This document shows positions 20,290-29,077 of a stretch of DNA of 64,000 nt, in pieces. Source of the DNA: Chloroflexota bacterium (GTDB lineage Bacteria; Chloroflexota; UBA6077; FW602-bin22; JAMCVK01); contig JAMCVK010000021.1 of assembly GCA_023475225.1 (NCBI GenBank), positions 14,132-78,131 of the forward strand. The letters are read 5' to 3'. A program made the translations under genes and the position numbers. The notes beneath the pieces were generated by a model that was given only the letters and a program-made list of their open reading frames with translations, did not search any database and had not been told where the DNA came from. Within the stretch, counting starts at the first letter, position 1. Each line of letters starts with the position of its first letter.

Positions 20290-21077
20290 GGCGCCGTGCC
20301 CCCTTTGAGACGTCTTACGAGGCCAGTTTCGCTCTCGTGTTTGTCCCGGATTCTAAACGCCAACTGACCTTGCACAGGTGAGTCATCCCAGGTGCGACCC
20401 TGCAGCAGGCGTCCGGCACGCTTCTTACTCACCCCTCCCCACTGTTTGAAGAAAAATGGCACGCTAGCCGCCAGACACTGTTCCCTGATTTGTGTTACCC
20501 AGTTCTCTCTTACAGGCCTTGCCCCTGGCCCCGACTCACCGCCGACTATCACCCAGTGGATCCCATGAAGATCCAGGTCTGGCAGCGGTCCTAGTAACGG
20601 TTCGAGAGACAAAAACCTTGTTCGGGCACTGGTCTGGCGCAGATGGTCAGCACGGAAGATGTAATCCATATTTTCGATGCTGACACCCATCCACACATTC
20701 TCGGGCCAGTGAATCGCTGAGTTAAGTTCGAGCAAACGCTGTGATCGTTTCGTAAGAATCTGAAATTGGTGCCACCAAGCGCGCCGCATGACATCGAAAA
20801 CCTTCAAGATGAATGGCACAGGAACGTCTTCGTGGAACAAATCGCTCATAGAATTAACAAAAATCATCAGTGGCTTCTTCCAGCTTAGCGGTGCCTCTAA
20901 TACAGGCTCATGCAACGTCAGTTTGAATCCATTTGAGTAATTAGGTTGCCCCATCGCTTGCAGCCGGAACGCCATTCTCTCAGCGTAGCAATGCTTGCAT
21001 CCGGGACTGACCTTAGTGCAGCCCGTTAGTGGGTTCCACGTGGAATCGGTCCACTCGATGGAAGATTTCGTCGCCAT
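20286..21077 (-). CDS. DUF5131 (phage Gp37/Gp68 family) protein with N-terminal three-Cys motif
   Basis: [28 protein letters not shown] (C-x6-C-x2-C), ...[11 protein letters not shown]..., [25 protein letters not shown] and FFFKQWGG are typical of the family. Its stop overlaps the hsdR start (ATGA). Confidence 0.85.
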   Translation of the reverse strand: MATKSSIEWTDSTWNPLTGCTKVSPGCKHCYAERMAFRLQAMGQPNYSNGFKLTLHEPVLEAPLSWKKPLMIFVNSMSDLFHEDVPVPFILKVFDVMRRAWWHQFQILTKRSQRLLELNSAIHWPENVWMGVSIENMDYIFRADHLRQTSARTRFLSLEPLLGPLPDLDLHGIHWVIVGGESGPGARPVRENWVTQIREQCLAASVPFFFKQWGGVSKKRAGRLLQGRTWDDSPVQGQLAFRIRDKHESETGLVRRLKGGTAP

Positions 21078-21079
21078 AG

Positions 21080-22213
21080 CTATATGTTACCCTTCGATGG
21101 AAACATGACCGTTACTGTGTCCGCAAATGTAGATTCACCCTTGCGCCTGCGCTGCTGATCTGCAGGAGGGTCGGCTGAAACCTTACCTTGGGCCTCAAGT
21201 CTTGCGAGAACATCCTTATAATTGGATTTGATATAGGGCGTTCCGACATGATGCTGATTGTACACCTCCAGCATTGTCATCTTCCGGCTAGCAAAGTCAT
21301 TCAGCAGCATACCTTCGAGATCATCAAGTGGTCGTGAAAGATCAAAAAGCAAGGGTTGGCTGCGCGTGGCCGGGTTGTATTCGAAGGATGGCACGCCTTG
21401 TTGTGCGCTTGAGCTTTCCTTAGCCATAATTTCCTTCATGATTTCGTAGCCTTTGATATGCTTGCTAACAAAAACCAAATGATGACTAGTGCGGTTGCCA
21501 CTGCCGTTCTTGAAACGGAATGGCAGGACGTACTCGCCGCCCATTTCCTTAAGTGCTTCGGCAAGGGCTTCAACAATAGTCAACTCTCGCTTGTGAGGTC
21601 GCATAGGCTCGAGTTGCTCCCGGAGCTTATCTGCGCGTTCTTTGCCAAAAAGGGCGTTCATGTGTTCTTTAACAGATTCGTTATTAAACCCCATATTGAT
21701 GCGGTTATAGTTAAAGAAAACAATACAATCACAACCCCAATCCTTAAGCACCAAGTTAATGAGACGAAGTGATAGTCCCTTGTAGCCCCAAGGGTCCACA
21801 AAAAAGAGGGTGGGGACAAGGCGCATCTGTTCAAACATCTTGACTATTTCTTCCCCAACTAGCGCGTTGTAAACTTGTGGCTTGTGCCTGAGCACTTTTA
21901 TACCTGGAATCGAATCAATAGCTTGGCAGAGCGTCTGAGTATTGTTCGAATCCGCATCGTTAAAAATGGTAACTAGCATTTCTCGCATATCTGGGTCCTG
22001 AATCGCACGTTCTAGGACAAGCAATGGTGTGGACTTTGTCCCGTCCTTATAGCGACCTGGCCCAGCAAACAGGTCTATGTAAGCGATTTTGTTCCCCCTT
22101 CCTTTTTGAGACGGAATAATCACCTTAGCCCAAGCCCAGAAGTATTTTGCAACTATTTCAGCCTTAACCTGGGACTGCTCTTGAGACTCGTCAAAGAAAG
22201 AGTTGCCGGTCAT
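21080..22213 (-). CDS. tcmP: Three-Cys-motif partner protein TcmP-like (Rossmann/methyltransferase-like)
   Basis: N-terminal [30 protein letters not shown] (SAM-binding motif I-like), [10 protein letters not shown] (motif IV-like). Positioned next to DUF5131, as is typical for this family. Its start overlaps the hsdS stop (ATGA). Confidence 0.75.
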   Translation of the reverse strand: MTGNSFFDESQEQSQVKAEIVAKYFWAWAKVIIPSQKGRGNKIAYIDLFAGPGRYKDGTKSTPLLVLERAIQDPDMREMLVTIFNDADSNNTQTLCQAIDSIPGIKVLRHKPQVYNALVGEEIVKMFEQMRLVPTLFFVDPWGYKGLSLRLINLVLKDWGCDCIVFFNYNRINMGFNNESVKEHMNALFGKERADKLREQLEPMRPHKRELTIVEALAEALKEMGGEYVLPFRFKNGSGNRTSHHLVFVSKHIKGYEIMKEIMAKESSSAQQGVPSFEYNPATRSQPLLFDLSRPLDDLEGMLLNDFASRKMTMLEVYNQHHVGTPYIKSNYKDVLARLEAQGKVSADPPADQQRRRKGESTFADTVTVMFPSKGNI

Positions 22214-23487
22214 GCTATCGCCTCCACGAACTTCTCCGCATCCTTCACCCGTATCTCCCCGGACAGGAGCTTGGGCAATAGGCTAGCTCGGATAGCACCA
22301 AGGGCTTGGGATTCGTCATCGTTAGCTTTCATCTTTTGAAACCAGGGCTTCACCTGTTGCTCGAACCGTTCGGCGATAGAGGGCAAGGGAACTGCCACCC
22401 AGTAATGGTCAAAACAGCCAGGGTCGACACGCTGGCGGCCAGACGTTCCGGTCATTGCCTGGATAGCATGGGCCCGAAAGTCAGGATGCCGGGCAAGACA
22501 GTAATTGAAAGGCATACCCAGAGGAGGCTTTGGCCCTAGCACAATGAATTCAGTGGAGCCCCAGCCAATCTCCCCATCTTGTAGAAAGTCGACTACTGCG
22601 GTCTTGCCATTTTCCAGGCAGGGTGTTATGCGGGCTAGTAGAACATCACCGTTGGCGAAACGTGATCCTGAACCAGAGAACGGCCTCCTAATCGTTTCCA
22701 ACACACGTGCTGATGCTGTGGGTAGAGCAGACATATCAACATAGACGGCGTTCGCTCCCCGCTCAAGTCTGCGAGGTGGGTTAATACCGACCGCTTCGGC
22801 AACAGTAGCGCACCGCCATCCCTTTGGTATTGGCCCCACGAGAGAATCCTGCATTCCCTGGTCTCGGAAAGGCTCAAGGCCCACAAACCAACTCTTGAAG
22901 AGGGCCCCGGCCATTGCCTCCAGGGTCTCGTTCATGCGGCGGTTCAGCTCAATCTTGTCATCCAGCGCCCCCAAGATGGCAGCGATGGCCCGCTGCTCTG
23001 GGAGGGGAGGAAGGGGAATCTTGATAGTCTTCAGGTACGTTACCGGCTGTGCGATCGACGGAACCCCCACTTGGGCTGCATTGGCCAGAAGCTTGTGTTG
23101 TCCTTCTGCTGTCTTGAAGTAGTACACCACAAACTGGGGGATAACGTGTTGAGGGTTGCAGCGCATGTAGAACTGCCGTTGGGAAATGACATAGCGCTCG
23201 TATCGTGAGTTCCAAGGAATATACGAGACCTGCCCGATATTACCAGCGTGGGTGAAGACCACATCCCCCCTCTGGACGTTTGCATTCTTCAGCCGGTCTG
23301 CGTGCTCGGGAGTGATGAAGTTGAATCCGGGCGTCTCGTCAAGTCTGGAGTCATGAAGGTGTTGGCCACTAATAACTGGGACGCCTTCGGAAACAAATGT
23401 CTCAACCTTGATTGATGAGCCGAAAGGCCCCATCGCTACCTTCTCTGCGACTTCACCAATCGAGGCGGTGTGCCACTCACCGGACAT
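22210..23487 (-). CDS. hsdS: Type I restriction-modification system, S (specificity) subunit
   Basis: Two target-recognition domains separated by the conserved LPPLPEQRAIAAILGALDDKIELNRRMNETLEAMAGALFKSWF helix, plus a C-terminal conserved helix. Confidence 0.9.
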   Translation of the reverse strand: MSGEWHTASIGEVAEKVAMGPFGSSIKVETFVSEGVPVISGQHLHDSRLDETPGFNFITPEHADRLKNANVQRGDVVFTHAGNIGQVSYIPWNSRYERYVISQRQFYMRCNPQHVIPQFVVYYFKTAEGQHKLLANAAQVGVPSIAQPVTYLKTIKIPLPPLPEQRAIAAILGALDDKIELNRRMNETLEAMAGALFKSWFVGLEPFRDQGMQDSLVGPIPKGWRCATVAEAVGINPPRRLERGANAVYVDMSALPTASARVLETIRRPFSGSGSRFANGDVLLARITPCLENGKTAVVDFLQDGEIGWGSTEFIVLGPKPPLGMPFNYCLARHPDFRAHAIQAMTGTSGRQRVDPGCFDHYWVAVPLPSIAERFEQQVKPWFQKMKANDDESQALGAIRASLLPKLLSGEIRVKDAEKFVEAIA

Positions 23488-23524
23488 ACCCCACTCCTTT
23501 CACGGAAGGCGACCATCTACCATT

Positions 23525-24040
23525 TCAGCTCAACTTCACTCCCAGGGCACGAAGCATCTCAAATGTATCAATGTACCGAATGTTGAATGCCCGGCAGACA
23601 TTGGGAATCGGAATCCTCCGCCTCACGTTGGCATCAAACCGTTCAAGCGTCACGATGACGCATCCCCTCGCCTTAGCATACGCGATCAGCCAGCCATCCA
23701 CCGCGCTGGCAAACTCAGCCTTGGCCGCGTCGGTAAACTGGCTCTGACCCTGAGCCCAAGTCATGACCTGACGATAAGCTTGAACAACATCATCGTGACC
23801 CGTTGACTCAAACCACTGGTGGAAACTACCATTTGCCCATTGCTTGAGGTCATCCTTACCTCGGTCAATTTCCACCTTGATGCGGTCAATGCTCTGAACC
23901 TGGCCACTTTCCGCATGCTCAATTAATTGCTCCCAGAAGCGCGGGGCAATGTCGAAAGCGTAGTACCGACGTGCCGCCTCTATGAACACGTTAGCATCCA
24001 GGAGATACACGGGCAGAAGATACACGGGAAGGGCGGTCAC
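23525..24040 (-). CDS. DUF4411 (PIN-like) protein
   Basis: YLLDANVFIEAARRYYAFDIAPRFWEQL...WLIAYAKARGCVIVTLE fits the DUF4411/PIN-like pattern. The GTG start overlaps the ImmA-like gene stop (GTGA). The true start may be slightly downstream. Confidence 0.7.
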   Translation of the reverse strand: MTALPVYLLPVYLLDANVFIEAARRYYAFDIAPRFWEQLIEHAESGQVQSIDRIKVEIDRGKDDLKQWANGSFHQWFESTGHDDVVQAYRQVMTWAQGQSQFTDAAKAEFASAVDGWLIAYAKARGCVIVTLERFDANVRRRIPIPNVCRAFNIRYIDTFEMLRALGVKLS

Positions 24041-25230
24041 ACCAGCGCTCCTGAGGCGAGGAATCTCCCATACCTCTCAAATGTCTGTCCGTAAAGCCCT
24101 GTTAGCTCGTAGGCTTCTCGGTAGAGAAGATTGCCCTCTCTTACAGCGCGCATCACTGCTTCCGCAAAGCGCCGACCGAGGCGGAGATTCTGGGTGGCGT
24201 AGAAGTTGCCGCCCTCTTGACCTCGTGCAGCAGCCGAGCGCTCGGCTTGCTGATAGGCAACATAGAAGTCTAGAAACTCGTGTTTGGTGATGAGACCCAG
24301 ATCGAGAGCCTTGCGAGCGCCGACGACTTCGCTGACCTTGAACTGGCGAGCGATGGCTTGGAAAGGGTCAGGCCCTTGTTTGATGAATGGCCACATCTCT
24401 TGTAGCTCATCTCTCGGGACCAGGAACTCAGCGGCAACCTGGCTGCAAGCCCGTTCCGTCTCGTCGTCCGCGGGTTGAAGTTCCCGCAAGTCAAATGCAG
24501 CACTGCTACCGAACCATATATGCGCCAGCTCGTGTGCCAGCGTGAACATCTGCGCAGCCTTGCTGTCGGCACCGTTGACAAAGACCAACGGTGCATACTC
24601 ATCCACCAGGATGAAGCCACGAAACTCGGTGACGTTCAACTTGCGATGCGGATTGTTTCCAACGATGCTGTTCACGACCACAAGGATCCCGGCCTCCTCT
24701 ATCCTGCTCTGTAGCTCTCGCAGCGCCTCAGTCCAAGTGGACTGTTGGGCCGTCCATCCTTGAGCGAGACCCAATGTGCGCCTCATCTCGCGAGCCAACC
24801 CCTCCGCTATGTCCGTGAGCCGTGCAGAGCGGACAAAGCTCAACGGTTCGTGACCTTGTTCCGTCAGATACTCCCGCATCCATGCTTGGCGGCGCTCCAT
24901 CATCTGGATGGTCTCAAGCAGGTCAGGACTGGACCGGCGTAGAGGCTCATCGCCCAGCGTGCGGAAGTGGGGAACAGGCAATCGCTCCTGGGGCGGCTCA
25001 GAAAGGAACAGGTATCCCAGCGGGGTCGAGGTGGCCTTCGCGAGCTCCTCAAGCTGACGCAGCGTCGGTCGGCTCTTACCGCTGAGCCACTCCGGCAGCT
25101 TGGGGAACTTCCGCGCGACGGCTCCTGGGCTGCCCGAGCGCTCCATAGCCCAGCGGAGGACAGGCTCACTGATGGTGACCCGCGTCATGCTGCGATGTCC
25201 TTTCTCAGCCTGCATTCGAGTTCTGGCCAC
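24037..25230 (-). CDS. HTH(XRE)-ImmA/IrrE family zinc metallopeptidase fusion
   Basis: N-terminal HTH-like segment (PTLRQLEELAKATSTPLGYLF) and an HEXXH motif (AHELAHIWFG) in a COG2856-like domain. The GTG start abuts the hsdM stop. Confidence 0.8.
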   Translation of the reverse strand: MARTRMQAEKGHRSMTRVTISEPVLRWAMERSGSPGAVARKFPKLPEWLSGKSRPTLRQLEELAKATSTPLGYLFLSEPPQERLPVPHFRTLGDEPLRRSSPDLLETIQMMERRQAWMREYLTEQGHEPLSFVRSARLTDIAEGLAREMRRTLGLAQGWTAQQSTWTEALRELQSRIEEAGILVVVNSIVGNNPHRKLNVTEFRGFILVDEYAPLVFVNGADSKAAQMFTLAHELAHIWFGSSAAFDLRELQPADDETERACSQVAAEFLVPRDELQEMWPFIKQGPDPFQAIARQFKVSEVVGARKALDLGLITKHEFLDFYVAYQQAERSAAARGQEGGNFYATQNLRLGRRFAEAVMRAVREGNLLYREAYELTGLYGQTFERYGRFLASGALV

Positions 25231-26850
25231 TTACCCGCCATGCCCCAACCCCCTCAGGTTCTGGCGAATCACCGCCTCAAGCCTGGCTGACTCAGCGAAC
25301 TGCTCCTCCAGTTTCCCCGTCAGCCGTGATATCTTCTCCTCAAAGGGTTCGTCTTCGTCCTCTATGTCCTCAGCCCCCACATAGCGGCCTGGAGTGAGCA
25401 CATGGCTGTGGGCGGCGATTTCCTCGGTGGAGGCCGACTTGCAGAAACCCGGAATGTCCTGGTACGACTCCACACCCTCGTCTCCCCGCCAGGCGTGGTA
25501 CGTCCCAGCAATGCGGGCTATATCCTCGTCGGTGAGCTCCCGGTGCACCCGGTCAATCATGCGCCCCATCCTGCGGGCATCAATGAAAAGGACCTGGCGG
25601 CGGCGATCACGAAACCAGCGGTTGCGCTTGTCTCGGGCCAGGAACCAGAGACAAGCGGGTATCTGGGTGTTATAGAATAGCTGGCCGGGGAGGGCTACCA
25701 TGCAGTCCACCAGGTCGGCCTCAATGATGTTCCTGCGGATTTCCCTCTCTCCAGATTGATTAGAGGACATAGAGCCATTGGCCAGCACGAAGCCCGCCAG
25801 GCCGGTGGGGGTGAGGTGGTGGATGAAGTGTTGTACCCAGGCGAAGTTGGCGTTGTTTACCGGGGGCACGCCGTATTTCCAGCGGACGTCCTCACGGAGC
25901 TGCTCACCACCCCAGTCGTTGTCATTAAAAGGCGGATTGGCGAGGATGAAATCGGCCCTCAGGTCCTTGTGCAGGTCGTTCCTGAAGGAGTCTGCGTTGC
26001 GTGGGCCAAGATTGCCCTCTATGCCACGGATGGCCAGGTTCATCTTGCACAGTCGCCAGGTGGTGTGGTTCGACTCCTGCCCGTAGATGGAGATGTCGCC
26101 GATGCGGCCGCCGTGGGCCTCAACGAATTTCTCGCTCTGGACAAACATGCCGCCCGACCCGCAACAGGGATCAAAGACACGGCCCCTATAAGGTGCCAGC
26201 ATCTCGACCAGCAGGCGAACGATGCAGCGAGGCGTGTAGAACTGACCCCCTTTCTTGCCTTCGGCGCTAGCGAATTGGCCGAGGAAGTATTCATAGACAC
26301 GGCCTAGAATGTCCTTGGAGCGGTTTTCAGCATCCCCCAGGCCGATGGAGCTGATAAGGTCGATAATCTCCCCCAATCGCTGCTTGTCCAGGGCCGGGCG
26401 GGCGTAGTCCTTGGGAAGCACACCTTTTAGGGACAGATTGTCCCGCTCTATGGCGACCAGGGCATCATCCACCAGCTTGCCGATGGTTGGTTGTTTGGCG
26501 TTGGCCTGGAGATACCGCCAGCGGGCCTCCCGGGGCACCCAGAAAACACTGGCAGCGACGTACTCATCACGATCCTCGAGGAGTTCATATCGGGCCTGCG
26601 GCTCTTTGATGTAGTATCCGTGCGAAGGATCGGAGGTCCACAGACGGAGCTGCTGGTAGTGCTCCTGGAAAGCATCGGAAACGTATTTCAAGAAGATAAG
26701 GCCCAGGACCACATGCTTGTACTCCGCCGCATCCATATTGCTGCGCAGCTTGTCAGCAGCCTGCCAGAGCTTCTCCTCGAAGCCGAGATTGGCCCCGTTG
26801 GACTTCTGGACCCTGTAGCTAGTCAGGCTTGAACTTCTCCTTCTTGCCAC
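25231..26850 (-). CDS. hsdM: Type I restriction-modification system, M (N6-adenine methyltransferase) subunit
   Basis: HsdM N-terminal domain ([32 protein letters not shown]), motif I (DPCCGSGGM) and motif IV (LANPPFN). GTG start with GGAGG 6 nt upstream. Confidence 0.95.
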   Translation of the reverse strand: MARRRSSSLTSYRVQKSNGANLGFEEKLWQAADKLRSNMDAAEYKHVVLGLIFLKYVSDAFQEHYQQLRLWTSDPSHGYYIKEPQARYELLEDRDEYVAASVFWVPREARWRYLQANAKQPTIGKLVDDALVAIERDNLSLKGVLPKDYARPALDKQRLGEIIDLISSIGLGDAENRSKDILGRVYEYFLGQFASAEGKKGGQFYTPRCIVRLLVEMLAPYRGRVFDPCCGSGGMFVQSEKFVEAHGGRIGDISIYGQESNHTTWRLCKMNLAIRGIEGNLGPRNADSFRNDLHKDLRADFILANPPFNDNDWGGEQLREDVRWKYGVPPVNNANFAWVQHFIHHLTPTGLAGFVLANGSMSSNQSGEREIRRNIIEADLVDCMVALPGQLFYNTQIPACLWFLARDKRNRWFRDRRRQVLFIDARRMGRMIDRVHRELTDEDIARIAGTYHAWRGDEGVESYQDIPGFCKSASTEEIAAHSHVLTPGRYVGAEDIEDEDEPFEEKISRLTGKLEEQFAESARLEAVIRQNLRGLGHGG

Positions 26851-27011
26851 TGGATGCCTCCATGTGCGCTATCTCGGATGGACTTCGTGCTTCCTCCTTT
26901 TTGCCCTTTCTCGGGTCATCATAGGTCGCTGCAAATTGCTCCAGCTTGTCTTTGTGAATGAGCCAGGTGAGGTCACGATGACAGCGATCGACAGGACAAT
27001 CGATGAATATC

Positions 27012-27086
27012 TGGTGGAGGCGAGGGGATTCGAACCCCTGACTTCTTGCATGCGAAGCAAGCGCTCTCCCACTGAGCTACGCCCCC
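27012..27086 (-). tRNA. tRNA-Ala (anticodon CGC), CCA encoded
   Basis: The reverse complement folds as a cloverleaf: GGGGGCG-TA-GCTC-AGTGGGA-GAGC-G-CTTGC-TTCGCAT-GCAAG-AAGTC-AGGGG-TTCGAAT-CCCCT-CGCCTCC-ACCA. It has the G3:U70 Ala identity pair. Confidence 0.92.
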
Positions 27087-27191
27087 TATGTCCGATTATA
27101 GGTGTAGCAGCCGTCAGTGTCAATTGAGCTTGGAACTGTCTGCATCAGAAGACTCAGCGGCCAGCGCCCTGTGAGCTTTACCTGAAATGAG

Positions 27192-27200
27192 TGGTATAAT
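27192..27200 (+). promoter_or_regulatory. Candidate extended -10 promoter element (TGgTATAAT) for the MFS gene
   Basis: tggtataat lies 29 nt upstream of the TTG start, with RBS AAGGAGG at 27214-27220. Confidence 0.4.
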
Positions 27201-27228
27201 AGGGGGCAAACTAAAGGAGGCATAACCG

Positions 27229-28482
27229 TTGGATAGAATAGGGGACACCGCCGTGCGCGAGGCGCCGCTGGGACGCCGCATCTGGGGTCTTAATAAAAAC
27301 GTATTCGTCCTGGGCTGGGTGAGCCTGCTCACCGATATCAGCAGTGAAATGACCTTGACCATCCTGCCCCTCTTTCTGGCCAATGTGCTGGGCGTCAGGG
27401 TGTCTATAATCGGACTTATTGAGGGTATCGCCGACAGCACGGCGACAATGCTTAATCTCGTCAGTGGGTGGTTATCTGACCGAATAGGAAAGCGAAAGAC
27501 GCTGACGGCCTGGGGATACGGGCTCTCCGCTGTGTCTAAACCGTTTCTCTACCTGGCCAGCAACTGGGGCATTGTGTTGGTTGTCCGTTTCACCGACCGG
27601 GTCGGTAAGGGCATCAGAACATCACCACGCGATGCCCTCATCGCCGCGAGCAGCCCGGTGGCTGAGAGGGGGAAGTCCTTTGGCTTTCACCGTGCCCTGG
27701 ATACAGCGGGGGCAGTAGTCGGCCTCGCCCTGGCTACCCTCATCGTCTGGTTCAGTCAGCGGGGACTCTTGACTTTGGAACGATCCACCTTTCAGACATT
27801 GGTCCTCGTCGGCATAATACCGGGGCTATTGGCCGTGCTCTTGCTCCTCTTGTTTGTCACCGAGGTGAGGACAGCGGTAAGGCCCGCCGCAGCACCATCG
27901 CTCAGGCTGCACGGCTTTGACCGGCAATTTAAATTTTTCCTGGCCATAATGGTGATCTTCACCCTGGGCAACTCGAGCGATGCCTTCCTCCTCCTGCGGG
28001 CTCAGACGGTGGGGCTCTCTGTCTTGCAGATCTTCACCATGCTGGTTATGTTCAACGTCATCTATACACTGGTATCCTTCCCCGCCGGGATACTCTCGGA
28101 TAGGTTAGGACGCAAACGGTTGATCGTGTTAGGCTGGACAGCCTATGCCCTCATCTATTTCGGTTTCGCGGTGGCGGCGGCCGCCTGGCATATCTGGTTG
28201 CTCTACGTGCTCTACGGGCTCTACTATGGGACCACACAGGGGGCAGCTAAAGCCTTCGTAGCCGACGTGGTAGTCCCGGCCCAGCGAGGTACAGCCTATG
28301 GCCTCTATCACGCCGCTGTTGGTGTCGCTGCTTTGCCGGCCAGCATCATCGCTGGCCTTCTATGGCAAATGATCAATCCCCAGGCCACCTTCCTTTTCGG
28401 GGCTGGGCTGGCGCTGCTGGCGATGCTGCTGCTCTGGACGCAGATCAAAGAGGCGCAGACGCTCCCCGCGTCCTCAGGGTAA
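27229..28482 (+). CDS. MFS transporter
   Basis: 417 aa, about 12 TM. Motif GWLSDRIGKRK in the TM2-3 loop and a second DRLGRKR in the C-terminal half. Confidence 0.85.
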   Translation: MDRIGDTAVREAPLGRRIWGLNKNVFVLGWVSLLTDISSEMTLTILPLFLANVLGVRVSIIGLIEGIADSTATMLNLVSGWLSDRIGKRKTLTAWGYGLSAVSKPFLYLASNWGIVLVVRFTDRVGKGIRTSPRDALIAASSPVAERGKSFGFHRALDTAGAVVGLALATLIVWFSQRGLLTLERSTFQTLVLVGIIPGLLAVLLLLLFVTEVRTAVRPAAAPSLRLHGFDRQFKFFLAIMVIFTLGNSSDAFLLLRAQTVGLSVLQIFTMLVMFNVIYTLVSFPAGILSDRLGRKRLIVLGWTAYALIYFGFAVAAAAWHIWLLYVLYGLYYGTTQGAAKAFVADVVVPAQRGTAYGLYHAAVGVAALPASIIAGLLWQMINPQATFLFGAGLALLAMLLLWTQIKEAQTLPASSG

Positions 28483-28561
28483 ACAAGCCCTCCAAATGGT
28501 CAAGACAGCCGAGGCCCTATTTCTGACCTGTCTATAGGATGGTGCCAAAGGACGCTGCTCG

Positions 28562-28816
28562 TCAGGAGAGCACTTTATATATCTGGTCGTGTTCCCTGAC
28601 GTGCTCCTTGACCTTGATGGCCACCGCCTGTCCCGGACCGGCCTTCTCCACCTTCTGATGCTCGATCTCCATCGAGTCCACCGTCTGCGTCAGGTCAGTG
28701 CTATGCCCCTTGATATGGATGGTGTCACCGAGGTGTAGCTCCTCGGTTAACCGCAGGGCCGCTACCTGAAGATGGGTATAATAGTGTGTTACTACCCCTA
28801 TCTCCTTCTCCTCCAT
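28562..28816 (-). CDS. Small EF-Tu domain-2-like beta-barrel protein
   Basis: 84 aa. IGVVTHYYTHLQVAALRLTEELHLGDTIHIKGHSTDLTQTVDSMEIEHQKVEKAGPGQAVAIKV resembles stand-alone translation-factor-like barrel proteins. Confidence 0.55.
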   Translation of the reverse strand: MEEKEIGVVTHYYTHLQVAALRLTEELHLGDTIHIKGHSTDLTQTVDSMEIEHQKVEKAGPGQAVAIKVKEHVREHDQIYKVLS

Positions 28817-28867
28817 CGCTCTTTCACCCCCTCAATATCATTGTACACTGATAGAGGGCGGCTTGGC

Positions 28868-29070
28868 AACTCGGTTAGGGGGGAATGGCCCTCATCCCCC
28901 TGCCCCCTGCCCCCTGTCACCGAGGCGACAGAGGGAATTAGTAGCGCGGGGGGACAAGCCCTGCGCTACATCTACGCACTAGAACCCTCCCAAAAGGCGG
29001 ATCACTCCCAGCGGGAGAGGATAGAGGCATCATCTCTTAGTAATAGTCAGCGCCTTCCCCTCGCGACCCT
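28868..29070. repeat. Copy of the dispersed GC-rich mosaic hairpin repeat family
   Basis: Hairpins gtagcgc-N15-gcgctac and ctgtc-N8-gacag. The module ctagaaccctcccaaaagg is shared with 59353-59372. Confidence 0.6.
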
Positions 29071-29077
29071 CGCCCTG

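Larger units (their letters stand above)
15484..27028. mobile_element. tRNA-Ala-associated genomic island (about 11.5 kb, defence cargo, no integrase seen)
   Basis: Bounded by tRNA-Ala(CGC) and a 16/17-nt direct repeat of its 3' end. The cargo is a composite type I R-M operon plus a protease pair. Confidence 0.5.

Noticed and set aside
24001-24029. Tandem ~15-bp duplication giving LPVYLLPVYLL at the annotated N-terminus of the DUF4411 protein.
   Set aside because: It is real in the sequence but probably lies upstream of, or at, the true start (family members usually begin near YLLDANVF). It is most simply a small slippage duplication without functional implication.
26822-26863. 14-codon upstream mini-ORF ([14 protein letters not shown]) overlapping the hsdM start region.
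   Set aside because: It is out of frame with hsdM, very short, and lacks its own RBS. The GGAGG it contains is better interpreted as the hsdM ribosome-binding site.
12300-27100. Search for integrase, transposase, excisionase or IS inverted repeats in the variable region.
   Set aside because: No ORF shows tyrosine/serine recombinase or DDE transposase motifs, and no terminal inverted repeats were seen. Mobility is therefore inferred only from the tRNA direct repeat and the duplicated junction, not from mobility genes.
26869-27127. ORFs 26869..27123(-) and 26864..27127(+) between hsdM and the MFS gene.
   Set aside because: Both run straight through the tRNA-Ala gene and have no motifs. The region is better explained by the tRNA and promoter sequences.
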